64,000 nucleotides of DNA from Spirochaetaceae bacterium. Its GTDB lineage: Bacteria > Spirochaetota > Spirochaetia > DSM-27196 > SLAA01. The translations under genes and the position numbers were made by a program. The notes under the pieces were generated by a model. It had not been told where the DNA came from and made no database searches. It was given only the letters and a program-made list of their open reading frames with translations. The stretch is from the NCBI GenBank assembly GCA_003552985.1, contig PUPD01000252.1:6350-70349 (forward strand), given 5' to 3'. Positions 1 through 8,412 of this stretch are shown one piece after another; position 1 is the stretch's first letter; every line of letters begins with the position of its first letter.

Positions 1-568
1 CGATCGCGTAGACCGCCTCGGCAAGTACCACGAGATCCTCGTCGGCGCGCATCACCTGCCGTACGACCTCATCGGCGTGCGGCCCGCCGATACGGCCAAG
101 CAACTCGACAGCCTCGCGGCGAATCATCGGTGAGGTGCTGTCGGGAAGGTCGTGCGGCATACGCGAAACGCGAACACCCTCGAGCGCGATCTCACCTATC
201 AGAGATATGCTTTGGCGGTCGAACGGTGATACCGAGTGATTGTCGACCAGCTGAGTGAAACGGGTCAGTACGGCGCGCTTGTCTGCCGGATGCGGTCTGC
301 GAGCCCGCGCCGCAAGGATCGGCAACTCGTGTTCGCGTTCGGGCCATCGCGGTAGCGCTTCGCCGATAGGAACCCAGTCACCGCTGCGGTAGCCTTCCGA
401 CGACGCTTGTTCCTCAGCTTGGTTGAGGTCCGCCGAGCGTTCGGTCGGCGTAACAGCAGGCCCGGCCGGTGGTGTGCTGAAGGCGTTCCAACCGGGAACG
501 CAGAGATACAGGAGGAGACCAAGGACCGCCGCGCGCAGCCCGGGCGGCGTGAGCAAACGGTTCGTCAT
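1..568 (-). CDS. Secreted HEAT/ARM-like repeat protein, N-terminal part only (gene runs off the left window edge)
   Basis: Missing from the ORF track because it is edge-truncated. The minus-strand ATG at 568..566 opens a stop-free frame down to position 2 (189 codons). It begins MTNRLLTPPGLRAAVLGLLLYLCVPGWNAFS (signal-like) and ends ...REAVELLGRIGGPHADEVVRQVMRADEDLVVLAEAVYAI (HEAT/PBS-lyase-like repeat pattern). Confidence 0.55.
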   Translation of the reverse strand, partial: MTNRLLTPPGLRAAVLGLLLYLCVPGWNAFSTPPAGPAVTPTERSADLNQAEEQASSEGYRSGDWVPIGEALPRWPEREHELPILAARARRPHPADKRAVLTRFTQLVDNHSVSPFDRQSISLIGEIALEGVRVSRMPHDLPDSTSPMIRREAVELLGRIGGPHADEVVRQVMRADEDLVVLAEAVYAI

Positions 569-647
569 AACGCGCTCCCGCTGGTAAGCATAGGAGGTCC
601 GTAGGAGCTTGTAAATAGGAGGCAGCGTTGGGTGACGTGCGTATGGA

Positions 648-676
648 TTGACCGAGGACCAGACGGGCCGTAGAAT
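648..676 (+). promoter_or_regulatory. Sigma-70-type promoter of coaD: TTGACC-17 nt-TAGAAT
   Basis: TTGACC lies at 648-653 and TAGAAT at 671-676. Only 6 nt (gggcgc) separate the -10 from the ATG at 683, which leaves no room for an SD. Confidence 0.45.
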
Positions 677-682
677 GGGCGC

Positions 683-1183
683 ATGTTGCGAGCCTTGTTT
701 CCGGGGTCGTTCGACCCACCAAGTAATGGTCACCTGAATCTTATCCACCGCATCTCGATCATCTACGACGAAGTCGACGTGGTGGTTGCTAGCAACCCGG
801 AAAAGCAATACACCTTTGAGTCCGACGAGCGATTCGAATTGATGAATACCCTCTGCGAGCCGTATGAGAACGTACGGGTGTATCAGTGGGACAAGCTCAT
901 TGTCGAGTTTGCTGAAAAGGTCGGAGCCCGCGTTATGATCCGCGGGGTTCGTGCGCTTTCGGATTTTGAGTACGAGTTTGAGCTATCGATGATCAACAAG
1001 GGCCTGAACCCACGGATCGAAACGGTTTTCATGCCGACTGATCCAAAGTATTTTGTACTGCGCTCCTCAGCGATCAAGGAGCTTGCGCGGCTAGATGGTG
1101 ATATTTCCCGAATGGTTCCCGATATTGTGGCGGATCGACTGAAGGAACGAATCAAGGCCGGTTGCAGGGATCAGCGACGATAG
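683..1183 (+). CDS. coaD: Phosphopantetheine adenylyltransferase
   Basis: 166 aa. The N-terminal LFPGSFDPPSNGHLNLI matches the (Y/F)PGSFDPxTxGH nucleotidyltransferase signature. Size and downstream context are typical for coaD. Confidence 0.92.
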   Translation: MLRALFPGSFDPPSNGHLNLIHRISIIYDEVDVVVASNPEKQYTFESDERFELMNTLCEPYENVRVYQWDKLIVEFAEKVGARVMIRGVRALSDFEYEFELSMINKGLNPRIETVFMPTDPKYFVLRSSAIKELARLDGDISRMVPDIVADRLKERIKAGCRDQRR

Positions 1184-1194
1184 CGGCGGCTCAG

Positions 1195-1224
1195 TTGACA
1201 TACCGATAACCGATCGGCTATGTT
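1195..1224 (+). promoter_or_regulatory. Candidate sigma-70 promoter for rpmF-acpP (TTGACA-18 nt-TATGTT)
   Basis: TTGACA lies at 1195-1200 and TATGTT at 1219-1224. An AAGGAAAG SD lies just upstream of the ATG at 1259. Confidence 0.4.
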
Positions 1225-1258
1225 AGGCGGACACTATAGCTTTGCAAGGAAAGTTTCC

Positions 1259-1447
1259 ATGGCAGTACCAAAGTATCGACATTCCAAAGCCCGGACACGG
1301 CGCCGCCGCTCTATAAACGGTCGCATCTCATTAGGGCACCTCATTGAGTGCAGCAATTGCGGTGCGGCGAAACGTCCACATCACGTCTGTCCTAAGTGCG
1401 GTTTCTACCGCGGCAAAGAGATTGTCAGAAGCGAAGATTTGAGCTAA
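1259..1447 (+). CDS. rpmF: 50S ribosomal protein L32
   Basis: MAVPKYRHSKARTRRRRS... with a CxxC...CxxC zinc ribbon (CSNCG...CPKCG). The ORF-track start at 1220 is a non-ATG upstream extension. ATG 1259 has an SD. Confidence 0.93.
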   Translation: MAVPKYRHSKARTRRRRSINGRISLGHLIECSNCGAAKRPHHVCPKCGFYRGKEIVRSEDLS

Positions 1448-1469
1448 AACATCCGACCAGGAGGATCCT

Positions 1470-1706
1470 ATGGACGAATTGTTTGAAAAAATGAAAAAGT
1501 TGGTGGCCGATAAGCTGGAAGTTGACGAGAGCAAGATCACGCTTGACTCGTCCTTCCGCCAGGATCTCGGCGCAGATAGCCTTGATACGTATGAACTAGT
1601 CTACGCGATTGAAGAAGAGCTTGGCATTTCCATCCCTGACGAGAAAGCGAACGAGTTCGAGACCGTTAAAGATGCGCTCGAGTTCATTAGGTCGCAGCAG
1701 CAATAG
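1470..1706 (+). CDS. acpP: Acyl carrier protein
   Basis: 78 aa. It carries the LGADSLDTYELV phosphopantetheine attachment motif (DSL) and is acidic. Confidence 0.95.
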   Translation: MDELFEKMKKLVADKLEVDESKITLDSSFRQDLGADSLDTYELVYAIEEELGISIPDEKANEFETVKDALEFIRSQQQ

Positions 1707-1739
1707 CTCCAGAACGAGCAAAAGATACCACGAAAATAT

Positions 1740-1763
1740 CGCCCGGGAAGTAGTTTCCGGGCG
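1740..1763 (+). terminator. Weak hairpin after acpP (possible attenuating terminator)
   Basis: cgcccgg-gaa/gtag/ttt-ccgggcg forms a stem of 7 GC-rich bp plus 3 weaker pairs. It is followed by ttcgtatta, so the T-tract is poor. Confidence 0.3.
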
Positions 1764-1861
1764 TTCGTATTATACTAAGGTGCACACCGTAGCGTTACCG
1801 ACAGGGGCAGCGGCCGCTCACCCCGGTATGCCGGACGCCGGTGTGGGTAAGGTTCGTTCAG

Positions 1862-2617
1862 GTGAGCAAGAAGTACAGCGAGCTACAGACACCTCCCGTG
1901 ACGTCGGAACGGCGCAAGGAGTTGCAGCTATTCGAGCGCCAAGCCGCCATTAAGTTTCGAAGACTGGAGCTTCTGAACCTTGCCTTCGCGCATCGGTCGT
2001 ACGCGAACGAGACCCAGGAGCAGCTTGACAACAACGAGAAGCTTGAGTTTCTCGGCGACTCGGTGCTCGGACTTGTCGTCGCCGAATACCTGTTTGAGCA
2101 GCTCTCCGACCGCGCCGAGGGCGATCTGGCGAAGATCAAGAGTTTTGTTGTCTCTGAAGATAGCCTGGCGGAGATCGCGCGCAAGCTGAAGGTAGACAAC
2201 TTCATTCTCATCGGCAAAGGTGAAGAGTATTCAGGTGGACGAACGAAGAAGGCGCTACTGGCCGATGCGATGGAAGCGATCATTGGTGCTTACTTCATAG
2301 ACTCCGGTTTTCGGGCATCGCGTAAGTTTATCCTGCGCTATCTCATCCCTGAGATCAACAAGGTGCTTGAAAACAGACACAAGAAAGACTACAAGACCCT
2401 TCTGCAAGAGCTGGTGCAGAAGACCTACAAGACCTATCCGCGCTACTCCTTGGTTAAGAAGACCGGTCCGGAGCATAGCAAAACCTTCTGGATTGAGGTT
2501 ACGGTGGAGAGCGAGACGTACGGGCCGGGCAAAGGAAAGAACAAAAAGGAAGCGGAGCAAAACGCGGCGGCGATCGCGTACGAGTCACTAGTCAAAACGG
2601 TAAACCGCGCTGGGTGA
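1862..2617 (+). CDS. rnc: Ribonuclease III
   Basis: LLNLAFAHRSY...NEKLEFLGDSVLGLVV is the RNase III signature, and a C-terminal dsRBD is present (GPEHSKTFWIEV...GKGKNKKEAEQNAA). The start is uncertain: GTG 1862 (VSKKYSEL, with taagg upstream) or 1841 as in the ORF track. Confidence 0.93.
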   Translation: MSKKYSELQTPPVTSERRKELQLFERQAAIKFRRLELLNLAFAHRSYANETQEQLDNNEKLEFLGDSVLGLVVAEYLFEQLSDRAEGDLAKIKSFVVSEDSLAEIARKLKVDNFILIGKGEEYSGGRTKKALLADAMEAIIGAYFIDSGFRASRKFILRYLIPEINKVLENRHKKDYKTLLQELVQKTYKTYPRYSLVKKTGPEHSKTFWIEVTVESETYGPGKGKNKKEAEQNAAAIAYESLVKTVNRAG

Positions 2618-2651
2618 GCAATACCTGCGCATTTTTTCTTTCCGCGGAACG

Positions 2652-2678
2652 ACTGAGCCGCCCGGCAGTACGGCTCAG
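2652..2678. terminator. Hairpin between convergent rnc and the nucleotidyltransferase gene
   Basis: actgagccg-N10-cggctcagt forms a 9-bp stem that overlaps the minus-strand stop codon at 2675-2677. There is only a short T-run on the plus side. Confidence 0.3.
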
Positions 2679-4078
2679 TTTCGGGGCGAACCCCGCCTGT
2701 GACCTTCATCTTGGTCGGCGAGCCGCTCGTAGACCCTCTGCGCGAGCGGCAGCAGCCGCTCGGGCTGGTTGATCCGCGGGTCGGCGAGGACCGCATCGAG
2801 CAGGGCCTCGAGCACTGTTCCCAAAAGGGGTCCCCGCGGGATGCCTGCTGCAGCAAGTTCATTGCCGCCGACCGCGAGGTCGCGTATAGTCAGCGGATCG
2901 TTGCGGTCGCGTATACGCGAAACCCGTCCGGCGAGCTCGTCAAGCTGCTGAACACCGAGGTCGTCGGAGCAGGCCATGCGGTCCGCACGTGCAACAGCAA
3001 GCAGGGCGTCTACATACTCATCACCGACGCTCGAGATGAGTCGGCGCACATCGCTGTCATCCCAGTTCGGCCGGTACTCGAACCCCATCTGCGCTATCAG
3101 ATGCGCCACTTGCGAAACCGTCGCGTTCGGAAACCGCAGTGCTTTCAGGCGCCTGTGAGCCGACGCAGCCGAGCGCGCTTGTGCCGACACGCCGGATTCA
3201 GGAACCTCCACCGGGGCGATCTGGTGGAGCAGGGCGGCGAGGCGCAGCTCTATCGGCTCCTTCGGGGCGAGGTCGCAGCAACGCACGAGATGTGTAAACA
3301 GTTCTCCTTTATCAGGCGTGGTGTTCCCTGAGCAACTCTCCAACTCCGGAAGCACTGCGGCGAGCAGACGGCAGTCGCGGAGAAGGCCGAGACCATATGA
3401 GGGGTGGTCGGCGCGCAGGATTTTGGCAAGCTCGTCTCTCGTGCGCTCCATGGAAACGGCGCTGAGCTCGCGGCTCCGGCCGGTGAGCGCAGCCCGTGTC
3501 GTGTCAGCCAGGAGAAACTGCAGTTGCGTAGCAAAACGCACCGCCCTCAGCAGGCGCAACGCGTCTTCAGTGAAACGTTCGGCGGGATCACCGATCGCGC
3601 GAATCACGCCGTCGGCGAGGTCCTGGCGTCCACCAAACGGATCGTGCAGTAACCCGGTCCGAAGGTCCAGAGCCATGCCGTTAATCGTGAAATCGCGGCG
3701 GGACAAATCGGTTTCAATATCTACACCGAACTCCACTGTATCGGGATGACGTGAGTCGCTATAGGTTGTCTCACTGCGGAATGTGGTGACCTCGAACCGT
3801 TCTGCTTGAAACAGCACGGTAACGGTTCCATGTTGCACGCCGGTGGGAATCACACGTCGAAATAGCTGCATTACCTGCTCTGGGACAGCGTCGGTAGCAA
3901 GGTCGTAGTCTTCAGGCTGTTTTTCTGAGAGGAGGTTGCGGACGGCGCCGCCAACCAGGTATACCGAGAACCCCGCTTCGGCGAATATCCGAGCCACCGT
4001 TCGCAGTTGTTTCGGAAGCCGGGAAAGCTCGATTACGCTGCAGTCGGTCATAGCCCCTCTAGTACTCTGCGCGACCAA
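2675..4078 (-). CDS. CCA-adding enzyme / poly(A) polymerase family tRNA nucleotidyltransferase
   Basis: The N-terminal head-domain motif is present: VYLVGGAVRNLLSEKQPEDYDLATDA ... RDFTINGMA. The ORF is 467 aa. An alternative start is MTDCSV at 4051. Confidence 0.85.
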   Translation of the reverse strand: MVAQSTRGAMTDCSVIELSRLPKQLRTVARIFAEAGFSVYLVGGAVRNLLSEKQPEDYDLATDAVPEQVMQLFRRVIPTGVQHGTVTVLFQAERFEVTTFRSETTYSDSRHPDTVEFGVDIETDLSRRDFTINGMALDLRTGLLHDPFGGRQDLADGVIRAIGDPAERFTEDALRLLRAVRFATQLQFLLADTTRAALTGRSRELSAVSMERTRDELAKILRADHPSYGLGLLRDCRLLAAVLPELESCSGNTTPDKGELFTHLVRCCDLAPKEPIELRLAALLHQIAPVEVPESGVSAQARSAASAHRRLKALRFPNATVSQVAHLIAQMGFEYRPNWDDSDVRRLISSVGDEYVDALLAVARADRMACSDDLGVQQLDELAGRVSRIRDRNDPLTIRDLAVGGNELAAAGIPRGPLLGTVLEALLDAVLADPRINQPERLLPLAQRVYERLADQDEGHRRGSPRN

Positions 4079-4128
4079 CCGGTGTCAATCGCTGCATTTC
4101 TGCGCTGCATAGATTGCCGTAGATCACG

Positions 4129-4154
4129 AAAAAAAAGCAGCCCGAAGGCTGCTT
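4129..4154 (-). terminator. Rho-independent terminator of flaB
   Basis: The minus strand reads AAGCAGCC-TTCG-GGCTGCTT followed by T8, about 50 nt after the flaB stop. Confidence 0.85.
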
Positions 4155-4203
4155 GGTTGTCGCTGTTCCGCACGCGGCGCTGTACCGCACTGGGCGGTTC
4201 AGG

Positions 4204-5076
<873 letters not shown>

Positions 5077-5097
5077 AGGTCCTCCTTGGATGATCAT

Positions 5098-5119
5098 CTC
5101 CGGACTTCCGTGTCCGGAG
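5098..5119 (-). promoter_or_regulatory. 5'-UTR hairpin presenting GGA in its loop (candidate CsrA site)
   Basis: In the mRNA sense it reads CTCCGGAC-ACGGAA-GTCCGGAG, an 8-bp stem with a 6-nt loop. It lies 10 nt upstream of the AAGGAGG SD. Confidence 0.4.
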
Positions 5120-5156
5120 TGTTACCTCTGCGGATTCCTACCGAACCCTGCTTCGA

Positions 5157-5183
5157 TTGTCGGCGTTCGGCTGTGCAACTTAA
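5157..5183 (-). promoter_or_regulatory. Sigma-28 (FliA)-type promoter of flaB
   Basis: The minus strand reads TTAAGTTG-N11-GCCGACAA, compared with the consensus TAAAGTTT-N11-GCCGATAA. Confidence 0.6.
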
Positions 5184-5237
5184 CAGGTATCGATTGCATT
5201 TCGGGTGGAATTAGACTACTGTGTTGCCGTAACAGCG

Positions 5238-7052
5238 ATGGAGAGCAATACACATCTGCAGAGCTTGGCGCGAAGCCTCAGCGACGATGAGCGACGCTAT
5301 CTCCACGATCGCATCGTGCAGAGTCTGAGCATCAGTAAGAGTGCTGAGGATCAGAGCCTGCACCGAGGTGAAATCGACAAAGAACAGCGTGCCGCGCTCG
5401 TACGACGCGAGATTTCCGAGTTCTCGCTGTTCCAGCGCATCATGTTCGCGCTTCGGAAGCTGGTAACCCGCGAAGATGATGAATCGCTGTTTATCGCGAT
5501 GCGTCTTGCGAGGTTGAAGCGACCGTTGCGGCGCGGTGGCCGAAAGTTTATTGACGTTGACCACACATTGTTGGGGCCGGACTTCGGGATTCGTCTGTTC
5601 GAGCTATACCGGACTGCGTATCCGGTGATTCCGCTCGTGAGAATGCTTTGGCGTAAATCAGACCTTCTCCGAGCGGTGGTTGAGTTCCATTTGCGCCGGA
5701 ACATTCCCGACGCCAAGTACGAGCTTGAGCAGTTTGTCTCGCTAAACGAGATGCTTGCGCTGTATCGCAATCGCCAGAAGAAGAGCGATATCCGTTCCGA
5801 AGTTCTCAAACGGCTGAGCGCTTATATGGCGGGTATCCATGCGGATGTGTTCAAGCAGATCGCCGACGGCATTCTGCCGCTGTATCACCTTCGCGGGTTG
5901 GGGCTGTTTCCGTTTGACGAGCTCTTTGAGCTGTTCGGCGTCTCAATAGACTGGACAGTGCCTCAGGAGACTCCGCGGTTCCAGACCGCAGAGTTCGCTA
6001 TGGTGTTGCCTTACCTCGAGCGCCTGTATTACGGTCTGTACCTGGCCTCCAAACACGGCCAACAGCATCGATTGCATGACGACGTGCTTCGGTACTATCT
6101 GCTGCTCGAGCATGAGGGCCTGGAAGCCCTCGAAGGCGCCGACCCGGTGAGCCTCGAACGAAAGATCGGCGATCTCGACAACGGCCAGGTCAGCGGGCTC
6201 CAGGAAAGGATTGCTCGTCTCTACGAGTCGGCTGACGAAGCGTTGTTGGAGCTGCCGCTGGTGGAGTTGATTAAGACCATCCATGAAGACCCCTACTATC
6301 GGCTCATGGTGTATCTTCCACGGTTGAATCTAGAGCAGTTCTACCAGGCTGCGCTGAAGATGCAGCTTCTCAACCAGCTTGATGAAGTCTTCCCGAAGGT
6401 TCGACTTGGAGTCATAAATGCCATGATCTACGAGCTGTTCGGCAGCGAGCCGCCGGAGTTTGAGTTCTACCGGCCTTCCATCCAACAGAGCGTCAGCAAA
6501 CTCGGGGCCCCGGGATTCAAGCACATGCGGTCGCTTCAGGTGGTGGGGAGCTTCGTGCGAGAAGTCTACCGCCCCGAGCTGGTCGAGCTGTTCCGCCTGC
6601 TTTCACGCGTGGTACCAGTTCGAGTCAAGGAGAGTGGGCGCGATCTTCTTACGGTCGCTACCGGAATCGAGGAAATAGCGGAGAAGATTCACCTGTTTGA
6701 CCTCGGCTTCTCGCCTGATTCAGATGAAGGGAAGACCTTCTACCGGCTTCGGTACGCGGTCGAGAAAGACCTCCGGCAACAGCGTGCATATGAGAAGTTT
6801 GTGACCCAAAAGGACCGGGAAGCGCGTGTTTTGCTCGACAGAACCCTGGAACGGATCTCGGAGATCATTTCGGTACTGAAGAGTATTCGCAGCGCATCGT
6901 CGCCGGCGCTAAACGCAAAGTATGCGGCGATGCAGACGGGAGCGGAGAACGGCCGCCAAACCTTCGATGCGACTCTAGATCGGCAAATCACGCGTCTCGA
7001 GACCCTCCGAACACTGCTCAGCGAGCTCATGGCCATCGAAGGGGGAAGCTAA
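5238..7052 (+). CDS. Hypothetical ~604-aa helical cytoplasmic protein (no motif recognised)
   Basis: Long ORF with coding-like composition. The ORF-track start at 5205 is a non-ATG codon, and ATG 5238 (MESNTHLQSL) is the first methionine. There is no signal peptide or TM segment and no catalytic signature I can name. Confidence 0.6.
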   Translation: MESNTHLQSLARSLSDDERRYLHDRIVQSLSISKSAEDQSLHRGEIDKEQRAALVRREISEFSLFQRIMFALRKLVTREDDESLFIAMRLARLKRPLRRGGRKFIDVDHTLLGPDFGIRLFELYRTAYPVIPLVRMLWRKSDLLRAVVEFHLRRNIPDAKYELEQFVSLNEMLALYRNRQKKSDIRSEVLKRLSAYMAGIHADVFKQIADGILPLYHLRGLGLFPFDELFELFGVSIDWTVPQETPRFQTAEFAMVLPYLERLYYGLYLASKHGQQHRLHDDVLRYYLLLEHEGLEALEGADPVSLERKIGDLDNGQVSGLQERIARLYESADEALLELPLVELIKTIHEDPYYRLMVYLPRLNLEQFYQAALKMQLLNQLDEVFPKVRLGVINAMIYELFGSEPPEFEFYRPSIQQSVSKLGAPGFKHMRSLQVVGSFVREVYRPELVELFRLLSRVVPVRVKESGRDLLTVATGIEEIAEKIHLFDLGFSPDSDEGKTFYRLRYAVEKDLRQQRAYEKFVTQKDREARVLLDRTLERISEIISVLKSIRSASSPALNAKYAAMQTGAENGRQTFDATLDRQITRLETLRTLLSELMAIEGGS

Positions 7053-7564
7053 TCCTCCCAGCCGTTTTCCGGTGCCATTTCTTCCTGCACCGGACGAAAC
7101 GCTTCGCGCAGGCGTTCGGCGGTCTGTAACGGGCTCTCCACCAATACACGCTTTCCGGCGAGCAGGTCGGCTATCCCAGTCTCGTTCGGGTATCGCGGAA
7201 TGATATGCAGGTGCAGATGCTCGATGGAAGCCCCCGCTGCAGGTCCCATATTGTAGCCGATGTTATAGGCGCGGGGGCGGTGCGTGCGGTCTAGTACCGT
7301 CAGCGAAGCGTCGAGCAGGCGATCCAGGCGGCGCCGTTCGTCTTCGTCATACTCGCGCAGGTCCTCCAGGTGTCGGCGAGGGAACAGCATGATGTGACCC
7401 GGATTGTAGGGGTACAGATTGACCGTGACGACGAACAGCTCATCGCGATAGACTGAAAGGTCCACGGCTTCCTGGTCCCGGTCGCGAATGCGGCATAGGA
7501 TGCACCCGTCGGGACGACCGCCTTTCACATACGCGAGCTTGTCGAAGTTGAAGAAGTAATCCAT
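7049..7564 (-). CDS. HIT-family nucleotide hydrolase/transferase (Ap4A-phosphorylase/GalT-branch-like)
   Basis: Contains the histidine-triad motif IEHLHLHIIPR, plus DGCILCRI and NLYPYNPGHIMLFPRRH, which are typical of the phosphorylase-like HIT branch. Confidence 0.8.
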   Translation of the reverse strand: MDYFFNFDKLAYVKGGRPDGCILCRIRDRDQEAVDLSVYRDELFVVTVNLYPYNPGHIMLFPRRHLEDLREYDEDERRRLDRLLDASLTVLDRTHRPRAYNIGYNMGPAAGASIEHLHLHIIPRYPNETGIADLLAGKRVLVESPLQTAERLREAFRPVQEEMAPENGWED

Positions 7565-8412
7565 TACTGCAACTGCTCGAGTAGCTGTAGTCCTCGGAGG
7601 TTCAACGGGTCGCCGGCTTCGGCGCCCAAAGCGAAGTAGTCCAGAAGCGCAGGATAATCACTCAGCAGCCGGCCTACGCGCTCAAGCATTTCGATCTTCC
7701 GTTCTTCGGTTACCTGTATCACCGCCAGATCGGCCTGAGCGTCTACAATCGCCTGCCTTTGGGCTTCCATGATATCGAGGTAGATCTCACGGCCCAATCG
7801 GTACAGTGCGAGGTCGGGCAACTGAAGCTCGAGTACTCGAAACGCAACCAGTTCAATCTCACCGTACTGGCCCGCGACAGCAGAGGCGAGCTCATCCTCT
7901 ATATCGACAAGCAGTTCGGAGATGGTATCCTGCTCGGGCGGATCGGAAAAATACTCGTCGAGAAACTCGAGACTGAAACGCTCTACCGCAGCTCCCAACT
8001 CGTCGAGAAACTCCTCCAGCTTGTCAGGGCGCAGACCTTCTTCCTCGGCCAAACGCGGGAGCTCGTCCTCCTTTAGACGCAGCCGCAGCTGAAGCGCCAG
8101 GGCGAACTCCAGGCTCGGCTCACCCTCGAGATACTGCCGATACACTTCACCGGACGGAAGCCGCCCCGATTTGCGCAGCTCAAGCGTCTGCGGCTCGCCG
8201 TCAAATATGTACAGTTGCATATTACCCGGAACGACGTGCTCCCAACGCCAGTGAAACTCTCCGGCGCGGAGCACCTCAGGCTCCCACCCGCTTGTGCGGC
8301 TGAAGGCAACGGCAACGTGGCCTTCGGGAATCAGAATCTGTACCCAACCGCGGTAGAATACCAGCCCACCGAGAAGTAACAGGATAACGAGAATGACTAA
8401 CGCTTTTTTCAT
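7564..8412 (-). CDS. N-terminally membrane-anchored protein, possibly a distant SPFH/Band-7-like fold
   Basis: MKKALVILVILLLLGGLVFY forms the anchor, followed by IPEGHVAVAFSR..., which resembles the start of SPFH domains. The rest is acidic and helical. The functional call is weak. Confidence 0.35.
   Translation of the reverse strand: MKKALVILVILLLLGGLVFYRGWVQILIPEGHVAVAFSRTSGWEPEVLRAGEFHWRWEHVVPGNMQLYIFDGEPQTLELRKSGRLPSGEVYRQYLEGEPSLEFALALQLRLRLKEDELPRLAEEEGLRPDKLEEFLDELGAAVERFSLEFLDEYFSDPPEQDTISELLVDIEDELASAVAGQYGEIELVAFRVLELQLPDLALYRLGREIYLDIMEAQRQAIVDAQADLAVIQVTEERKIEMLERVGRLLSDYPALLDYFALGAEAGDPLNLRGLQLLEQLQ

Noticed and set aside
1609-1953. 114-aa ORF spanning the acpP 3' end, the hairpin and the rnc start
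   Set aside because: It is out of frame with two well-supported genes and crosses an intergenic hairpin. The translation is low-complexity Ser/Arg.
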